Made by a program: the position numbers and the translations under genes. Positions 22,006 through 29,841 of a stretch of DNA of 29,841 nt are shown here, piece after piece. The stretch spans positions 387,637 through 417,477 of the forward strand of contig NW_008246092.1 in the NCBI RefSeq assembly GCF_000281045.1, written 5' to 3'. The stretch is from Saprolegnia diclina VS20. Lineage: Eukaryota. The notes below the pieces were generated by a model. It was given only the letters and a program-made list of their open reading frames with translations, searched no databases and was not told where the DNA came from. Position 1 is the stretch's first letter. Every line of letters starts with the position of its first letter.

Positions 22006-23232
22006 CTACAACTTGTGCTTGTGGATGCCGAGGAGCACGGTGCCCGTCGTGAACTTCTTCTTTGGACAGCTCGTGGGCTTGAAGCTCTTCCGCTCGCGAA
22101 TGCTGTCCGAGAGACCTTGGGTTGCAATCTCGACGGGGTTTCTTCGGTTTGGAAGCATCGCGCGGTTCACGACGCGCTCGTCGTACGGGTCGGGCAGCCG
22201 CTCGGGAAACTTGTCAAAGACACTACCAGGGATCAACTCGCACGCGTCACTGCAACATGCGGGGGCTGTACCCGGCTTCGCCTTCCTTTCCTGCGTGGCT
22301 TGGCCGCCATGACTTGAACGTTGGCGCGTGCGCCACCGCCCGCTCCTTTGGGTTCATGAGCTCTTCCTTCTCGGGTGGGCGCTTCTTGCAGTCTTCGTCC
22401 CACTCAAACACTCGGGACGCCGCGACGTGGTCGTTAGTATCAAAGTAATCCACCGGGTGCGAAATGGACTTGAACGCCTTGCGGTCCCCCAGCTTCTCCT
22501 TGTGTCGCTTCATCGCTTCCTATCGTATAGTGCTGCCGCGTGGAGAGTCTGTTGCTGTGAATGTACCCGCTCTGCTTGGCGCACCGACTCGAACTCGGCG
22601 GGCATGGCCGGAATCACCTTGGCGCCGATGAGCGTGCCGGTGTAGCCCAGTGTCCCTTTCTTCGTGGGTGATGTTAACACGTTGCGTCGCTACAATGCTT
22701 ATGTGAGCTCGTGCAAAATGCATGCGATGTACTTCAAAGTTGCGTTCTTTGGGGTTGGGTCGGGGTACCGGTGGCGGCGGCTCGACACTTTCTTGGTTCT
22801 TCGGGTCGTAGAACGAGCCAAAGTAGTCACCAGGTCCGCAGCTACCGAGGATTATCTTATTGAGGCAAGAAGGGTGGGTGGCCGTCGTACCTCTTCTTGG
22901 AGTGGGACGAGTAGGTAAATCCGCTCGGTTTCAAGTGCTTTTTGGTGTTTTCCAGCCGCGCCTTGTTCTCTTCCTTGTAGCGCTCTTGGTATTGTCCCTA
23001 GAGCACAGATGTGAGAGCTGCGCATTGCTACAGCCATCTCGTTTACATCGAGCCCGATAAACTTGCGTGGCCCGGGGCCCCAATTCGACCCGGTTTGCCC
23101 GGGCTTGGGGCCCGTCGTGAGAAACTGCTTCCGGCCCGCGATGAAGTGGACCTTGGGCTCCGCGGGGTCCTTGTACGGGTCACCGATCGTGACGAAGGCT
23201 GGCTCGTCAAAGTTGCCGTCGCGAGTCGTCAT
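22006..23232 (-). CDS. CFAP96: Cilia/flagella-associated protein, DUF4586 / C4orf47 (CFAP96) family
   Basis: Introns 22998-23046, 22842-22890, 22690-22732, 22520-22566, 22223-22271. Motifs F.EPAFVTIGDPY, SCGPGDYFGSF, NVLTSPTKKGTLGY, FDKFP...PDPY, FKPTS.PK. Confidence 0.75.
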
Positions 23233-23328
23233 CCCCGTATCGCGTCCTCAAACTTAGTGTTTGCGAGATGAGCGCGCGCTACTTTTAGAAGCCGCGCGTT
23301 TGATTGGCCAACCAGAATAGCGTGTCAA

Positions 23329-23479
23329 TTCGAAACACTGTCTTGGAGGAAAGCACTGGCTTCGAGACACTGTATTCGAGTACAACACTGTTTTGAGGCA
23401 CCTCTCTTCGGTCAGCACCTGCTGTGGAGCATCATTCATAGGCATCCGTCCCCTCGCTACATACTGTAGTCGACACTGT
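23329..23479. repeat. Degenerate short repeat with ACACTGT core (4 copies)
   Basis: ACACTGT at 23335, 23367, 23385 and 23473. Flanks are similar (TTCGAAACACTGTCTTGGAG / TTCGAGACACTGTATTCGAG / TACAACACTGTTTTGAG). Confidence 0.55.
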
Positions 23480-23989
23480 GTCAACACGTAAGACTCTTTC
23501 GCCGACGTTAAACGCGAAGGCGCAGCAACAATACGTCGTCCCAGAACCTCTGATACAGTATACACTCTATAAATGAATACTTTCATATTCATTTGGGCAC
23601 TGTGCTGGACAGCACAAATATTCAGGCGAGGCCGAGGGATGGCAGTGTCTGTGGACGCATTGCTGCACTGCTGTATGTACTGCAACGCAGGGTACACATA
23701 CGACGGGTCGCTTCGTAGATGGCGACCACTCGCTGCTGCTAAAAATACGCAACGCCAACCAAATTCTTTTCGAAGAAAATGCAGCGTGTTTCAAACACCT
23801 TCTCCGGGCCACGCCAACTTCAAGGTATGTTTTAAACACAACGAGGTATACATTAAGCTAGATAATGTGAGTGCGAGTCGGTTTAAAACAGTGAAACCAA
23901 CGCATGTTGACTTGACAGGCTGTTGTTTAACCCAGGTGGAACGATGTTCAACCTTCACATTGCCAGCGACAGTCCAGCACCTGCCCGAG

Positions 23990-24935
23990 ATGCCATCGCT
24001 CACGATTACACCAGCCAACCGCAGCAGCAACGTCGTGATCATGGACAAGACCGAGGCTGCGGCGCCCGGGAAGGCCGTCGACGAGTTCCGCAACTACAAG
24101 GACAGCGACCGCCAGGCCGTCGTCGAGCGCCACTACCGCCTCATGCGGTCGCACCAGACCGTGGCCTTTCATGACAAGATGCAAGCGTACTGGGGTGCGT
24201 TTGACCGCGCGCAAATGACGGTGTGGGAGGCCTTCGAGTCGCTCAAAGGTGCGTAGCCGCTTGCACCTTGCCAGCGCTAAGCCTCTTGAACCAGGTTACG
24301 TCGACTCGTCTGACCCCGACTCGTCGCTGCCCAACTTGGAGCACATGCTGCAGACGGCCGAGGCCATTCGCGCGGCGGGGCACCCCGACTGGTTCCAGCT
24401 CGTGGGCCTTCTCCATGACATGGGCAAGATCCAGTATCTTTGGGGTCAGCCCTGTGACGGCCAGCAGGGCACGGCCGATGGCGACCAGTGGGCTCTCGGC
24501 GGCGACACGTGGGTCGTGGGATGTGCGATCCCCGACTCGACGGTGTTCCCGTACTTTAACGCGTTGAACCCAGACATGCAGAACCCAAAGTTCAACACGC
24601 CGAATGGCATCTACGCGCCGGGCTGCGGCCTCGCGCACCTCAAATTCGCATGGGGCCACGACGAATACATGTACCAAATGCTCGTCTTCAACAAGGCGGC
24701 GATCCCGGAAGAAGGCCTCGCGATGATCCGGTACCACTCGTGCTATCCATGGCACAACAAGGGTGAGTACCAGCAATTCATGGCCGACGACGACTGGGAC
24801 CTCCTCGAATGGGTCCTCGAGTTCAACAAGTTTGACTTGTACACCAAGGCCGACAAGCGCCCGGACGTGACCGCGCTCTGGCCCTACTACCAGTCGCTCA
24901 TCGACAAGTACCTGCCAGGAAAGCTCTGGTGGTAG
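23990..24935 (+). CDS. MIOX: myo-inositol oxygenase
   Basis: Intron 24249-24294. Motifs FRNY, QTV.F, VDSSDPD, HMLQTAEAIR, LLHDMGK, QWALGGDT.VVGC, WGHDEYMY, IRYHS.YPWH, FNKFDLYTK. Confidence 0.96.
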
Positions 24936-25094
24936 TTGATGCCTGCGGGCTAAGTATTTTATGTGGCGTACCACAGCGTGGTTTCGTGCAGTGGCTCGCA
25001 GCCTCATGCAGGCGACCGCGCGTGGCACCAAGCAGATGCAGCGACATGGTCAAATTGTCGGTTTTATTATCACGGCTGGGAATCACCCGGACGC

Positions 25095-25489
25095 TCACTT
25101 CTTGGCGCCCGACTTATTTGCGCTCGCCTCCCGGCGCGCCGCGTCCTGTAGCAGCTCCGTGTCGACGTCGGCCTTGGCGATCTGAATGTAGCGCACGACC
25201 GAACCGCGGATGAAGCAGTTCTTCATGTTCATCTGCCGACACGTATGAGGCCATGGGTTTGGGCTGAGGCACAAACCAGCTGCGGGTACTTGTGCTCCTC
25301 GACGACCGTCACGTCGACGAGCTTGAAATTCAAGTACTGGTCCACCGAGTGGAGCGTGCCCACGAGCGCGACGTCGTTCTTGAGCTCGACGGCCACCTCC
25401 TTGCCCACGAGCGTCTTGAAGAACGAGTAGAAGAGCTACATGCGACGCATGAGCCGTCGCCTTCTTGCCGCTGCCATGCTACGTACCAT
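25095..25489 (-). CDS. LSM2: U6 snRNA-associated Sm-like protein LSm2
   Basis: Exons 25489-25487 (ATG only), 25435-25277, 25232-25095. Product MLFYSFFKTLVGKEVAVELKND...GTLHSVDQYLN...KNCFIRGSVVRY..DVDTELLQDAARREA. Confidence 0.96.
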
Positions 25490-26198
25490 TGCGAATGTTG
25501 TTTGTGGTCGCCGGCCCCAGCGCCGGATACATATCCGGATGAGGCGGCATCTGCCACTTTTTATAGTGCCAACGGCAAAGTCACCACAGCAAGGCGGTAT
25601 GGCAGCTTGCATTGGTGCTTGCCTTGGCTCCAACGGCCAAGAGCATGGAGGCTGATGGCAAGGAGACACACACGGTGAAGCATGAGCCGCCAGCTGACCA
25701 CGAGATGGTTCTAGACCACAGAGAAATGCTTTTTGGAGTCATCCAGAATCGTTGCCTAGCGCAATTTTCCTGTCAACCATCATCTTTCTCTGTAGAGACT
25801 GCTGTATACCGGTCGGTTGATGCGCCCAACGACGGACTCGCAGCAATGTGCACTTGCCACAAACTGCGGGACGAAGTAGCACTCTATGTGACCGTGCTTC
25901 GCGATATCTACATCGCAAAGACTTTGCACACGAAGTGACTAGGGATCTCCTTCTTCATTTGCTCAACGGGTCGTCGGGAGACACCTATACAAGCCTACAT
26001 CGCATTGATTGCCTCGGTTTGCCTTCTATCTTGCAGCGTCCATCGAGCCTCTTGGACGCCCGATGCTGCATCTAGTTATCATATCCGGAGCTCAGACACA
26101 CCAAACGTATTTTCAACAAAGCAGTGGCCACTACTGTGCATGTACGTACTATAGTAATTTGTACTAGTACTTACAATGAATGCATCGTGGCACAGTAG

Positions 26199-27106
26199 TT
26201 AGTGCGACTTCTCCTTGGCTTGGCGTCGAATTTCATCCCACGAGGTACGAGGGACCGTCGGCGTCGGTGTAGCCTCGTCCCACGGGTCGTAGGCCGTGGT
26301 CGGCACCTTGGCAGCAGATGAATGGGGTGCCTCGGTCGTCTTGGCACCCATGAACGAGCCAAACACATTCTTGGAGGGCGTCGAGGACCACGACGCGTCG
26401 TCGATGGCTTCCGGCACTGGAGGAAGCGGCGGCAACGAGCGGGTCGACGCTGGAGCCGCTTCCTTTGGCTGCACCGCCTCGTCCCATGCACTTCTACACG
26501 GTCGCGTGAGCTCTGACATACACAGTGGCTATGAGACGACGCACTGAAGCGCGTTGGGGTTTTCGCCAAGTATGCCCATGCGGCGATGCACCTCCTTGAG
26601 GATGATGCTATCGGGCATCTCGCGCTGGAGACTACGAATGCACAATGTGAGCAGATAAAGGAGACCACTGGTCGTACACGTCACGGCAGTTGCGCGCAAA
26701 CTCGGATTGCTCGTTTGGGATCGACATGAGGTCGAGGAAGAACTCTTCGCGGATCGAGCCAATGCCATAGACGGCGCCAACGACGGCCCCAGCACCTAGC
26801 CGCATGCCGATCGGCGACAATATCGTATGGCAGGGCTTGTGTACCTGTCATGAAGGCGCCCAAGAGGTTGCGGGGCGACTTCGTGAGGCGCCATGCACCA
26901 AAGCCAACGACGCCGCCAGCGACGACCCCGTAGAAGGCGCGCTCGCGGCCAATGCGGAAGTGGCGGTCGGCCACGGCCTTCTCGGCCGGCCCATCAATCT
27001 TGACGGGAGCCTTCGGATCGAAGCGCTTCCCGAGAACGCGGAGGACCAGCGGCAGCTCCCGGCGGATCGCCGTCTCGTTGTTACTCGGTGGCACGCTCAC
27101 ACTCAT
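26199..27106 (-). CDS. Small two-TM Gly-rich membrane protein (OCIA-like, possibly mitochondrial)
   Basis: Introns 26796-26844, 26632-26677, 26494-26544 give a continuous frame. Two Gly-rich helices, a disordered tail and C-terminal TSWDEIRRQ. Family assignment is tentative. Confidence 0.6.
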
Positions 27107-27286
27107 GCTGCTTGCTCTTCTGGGTTTGGTTTGCTCGAAGTCAAGCGAATTCACTATCGAAAAGATCGTGGCGTGTTAATTTCTCGATACACCATTTAAA
27201 GGTCAGACTATTTACGTATCTTATTGTAACTATGATATACAAACAACAAGCTTCCTGCCAGCTCGACAACCCCGAATTGGACGGCA

Positions 27287-28369
27287 ATGGACGGAACCGC
27301 GGACGACACGAGCGTAGCCGAGCTGCAAGAAAGGTTAGTGACGTTCAATGGGCAGCTCGAGACCATTGAGCTCCTCTTGACTTCTGACCCTAAGAACGAA
27401 GAGCTCTTGGGCATCGCGGGCGACCTCAAAGAGGTCATCAAGCTCACGACCGACATGCTCGCGCACAAGCAGCCGCAGGACGCGGCACATGCGTCGCCAT
27501 TCCCCGTTGGCTCGATCGTGGAAGCACAGATCCAGTCCGTGTGGTGCCCAGGTAGCGCGACCACTCTCCATCGATCTCACATTGGACTCGCACCTTCTAG
27601 CTGTGGTGGAAGACATCGCTGCCGACATTGGCGTGCACATCATGGGCTCTAACCAGAAGCATCGCGTGACTGCGAACGCACTCCGAGCCATCGACGCCAA
27701 TGGCCTCCCGCCCGTCGATGCATCGACGGTGGAAGTCGGTTTTGCCTGCCAGGTACTACCATTGCCAGCACTCTCTCGATCGCAACGCGTCTCACCCCGC
27801 TTACGACCGCAGGCCAAGTACTACGCCGACAACAAGTACTATCCGGGCAAGATCACGTCGCTCACCGAGCACGGCTGCGTTATCCTCTTTGAGGGCTACG
27901 GCAACTCGGAGGAAGTCCCATTTGCCTACCTGACACCGCTGCCAGAGCCCAAGGCGACGACCAAGCCGCAAGACAAGGCCGACGACAACAAGCTAATTGC
28001 GATTCCTGCGCACTTGGCCATTCTGCCGACCGACTCGGAGGCCGAGAAGGAGCGCAAGCGCAAGCGGTAACCGCATCCCGTATCGCACTTCTCATGCTCG
28101 TTTCTACACACATTAGCATCAAGGCCATCAAGTCGCTCAACCGGCAAAAGTCGATCGAGGCCGAGCGCAACACCAAGAAGAACGACTGGGCCAAGTTTAC
28201 GCAGAAGCAGGGCAAGAAGCGCGTGCTCGGCGCCATGTCGTCGATCAAGAAGACGAGCATCTTTGCGTCGCCTGCGACCGTCGACGGCCGTGTCGGCGTC
28301 ATTGGCAGCGACCAAAAGATGACGCAATTCGACGATACACGCAAAAAGTTCAAGCTCCACAAGGAGTAG
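27287..28369 (+). CDS. SPF30: Survival-of-motor-neuron-related splicing factor 30 (SMNDC1)
   Basis: Introns 27552-27600, 27753-27812, 28067-28116. N-terminal QLETIELLLTSDPKNEELL....DLKEVIKLT, Tudor domain, W.KF, SIFASP..VDGRVGVIGS...MT. Confidence 0.9.
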
Positions 28370-29179
28370 GAAAGACGCTCTCAATACGACTGCTGTCTTG
28401 TAGCAAAAATGATAGAAGCAGGGCACGCCAGCCAGAGTATTTGGGTACCGTGCGCCGCCAGCGTGCTGATATGGTCTCAGCGGTCTCGAAAGATCTCGTC
28501 CGTTGGTGGTCCCGACCCGATCTCGCTTCAGCTGTACATGGTACTTGCTGCGACTGGCGACTTTGCCCTTTTCGCAGATGCCGGACAGTCGCATGGCGAT
28601 CGCAGCCAAGATGCCGTTGGAACCCGCCATAAGCGACACCATGGACGCTCATGGATACGCTGTGGGCAACGATAGGGCTACTGCACGGGTAGCCCTTCGA
28701 CTCTCCACCAAGTCGTATTGGGGCTTCCACAGCAGTGCGATTCCATACTATAAACCGTCTCCTCTACTGTACAGAGCGTGCTTGGCAGATCGGTGATATG
28801 TGTTTCAGTGGGTGCCTGCATCGCAACCGTTCTGCGCGCAACTAGCTCGCAGGCGCAAGGAAGCAACAACTGGAGAGCGCAGCGACTGCGTCGAGCCCGC
28901 AACGTGTCGATACATCCTAGAGTAGTACACGTCGGAGCTTGCCAGCGACTTGAAGCGCGTTCGAAACTGCGGGCGTCTGCGACGGGCGTATACTTCGATC
29001 GCCGGATCGCCGTTCGATCTGCCACTTGCATTGTACGGATCACCATCTGGGCGTGCGAGGTCGAATTGCATGACGGTCGCCACGCACCACGTGGTTCTCT
29101 CGAACACGCTTGCCCGAACGAGCGACGCCATTAGCATGATGCACCAGAGTTTGTTTTTCCGTCAACCACGCAAAGGGCG

Positions 29180-29841
29180 ATGCAGCGAACAGCAACGCTC
29201 TTGGGTCTCGTGGCGGTGGCCGCCGCCGAGTTCTTTACGGGCGAAGGCACGACGTACGGGCCGCCCGACGGTGGCGACAGCGCGTTCACCGGCAACTGCG
29301 CGCTCATGGCACCGCTGGACATTGCGCCCAAGTTCCACGCGGCCATGAACAACTTCCAGTGGAACACGGGCGGGCACTGCGGTCGGTGCGTCGAAGTGCA
29401 GTGCATGGACCCGAAATGCACGCGCAACGACGTGGTCCTCGGCCAGATCACGGATCGATGCCCCGAGTGCGCGCACGGCGACCTCGACATGTCCCTCCCG
29501 ATGTTCAACAAGGTCACGGGTTTGTACACGGACCGGCCCAAGATCAAGTGGCAGTTTGTCGACTGCCCCGTCGCCGGCGGCCTCAAAGTGTGCGCCAAGG
29601 CCGGGTCGTCCGAGTTCTGGCTCTACGTGCAGCCCAACAACGCAGTGAACGGCGTGCTGAAAATGACGATCAACGGCAAGGAGGCGCCGCCGTTCGATGC
29701 GTCGTGGTACTTTAAATCCCAAGCGAACGGCGACCTGAGCACGACAGCGATCACGATGACGTCGTTCTCGGGCGAAACCATTTCGACGACCGTCTCCCTC
29801 GAAGCCGACAAGTGCACGACCCTCTCGCAGCAATTCAAAGG
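29180..29841 (+). CDS. Secreted expansin-like protein (EXLX; DPBB + CBM63-like), 3' end outside window
   Basis: Not in ORF track because there is no stop in the window. Signal peptide, then FTGEGTTYG, GNC, AAMN..QW, CGRCVEV, ITDRCPECAHGDLDMS, IKWQFVDCPV.G, K.GSSEFW. Confidence 0.9.
   Translation, partial: MQRTATLLGLVAVAAAEFFTGEGTTYGPPDGGDSAFTGNCALMAPLDIAPKFHAAMNNFQWNTGGHCGRCVEVQCMDPKCTRNDVVLGQITDRCPECAHGDLDMSLPMFNKVTGLYTDRPKIKWQFVDCPVAGGLKVCAKAGSSEFWLYVQPNNAVNGVLKMTINGKEAPPFDASWYFKSQANGDLSTTAITMTSFSGETISTTVSLEADKCTTLSQQFK

Noticed and set aside
25612..25938. 108-aa plus-strand ORF upstream of LSM2
   Set aside because: Weak codon bias and no recognisable motif; cannot be supported as a gene.
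28409..28470. C/D box snoRNA (ATGATAGA...CTGA)
   Set aside because: Imperfect C box, no terminal stem and no evident guide.
1..29841. CRISPR array, prokaryotic operon, rRNA or transposase/RT gene
   Set aside because: No spaced repeats or such motifs seen; the bacterial-like genes all carry spliceosomal introns, which argues against contamination.

Overview
Eukaryotic, gene-dense, GC-rich genomic DNA with about 40 very short (42-60 nt) GT-AG introns. Gene content (START-like/FYVE protein, expansin-like protein, flagellar genes), codon usage and intron size point to an oomycete, most likely Saprolegniales (inference). I reconstructed 17 protein-coding genes by hand, most of them spliced: beta-propeller lactonase, Trf4-type poly(A) polymerase, coiled-coil protein, IolG-type inositol dehydrogenase, SBBP membrane protein, TPP-type mitochondrial carrier, a hypothetical protein, FYVE protein, P4-ATPase flippase, RNASEK-like protein, F-box-like protein, CFAP96-like protein, MIOX, LSm2, OCIA-like protein, SPF30 and an expansin-like protein. 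There is also a 49-aa membrane microprotein ORF that is absent from the ORF track. Best leads: (1) that microprotein, whose stop lies 15 nt upstream of and in frame with the carrier gene; (2) a poly(A) polymerase carrying a PAM2-like motif and two TRAF-type zinc fingers; (3) two different myo-inositol entry enzymes about 16 kb apart; (4) an inverted-repeat-bounded, CCAAT-rich element between convergent genes. No rRNA, intact tRNA, CRISPR or transposase was seen. All family calls come from motif recognition, not database searches.
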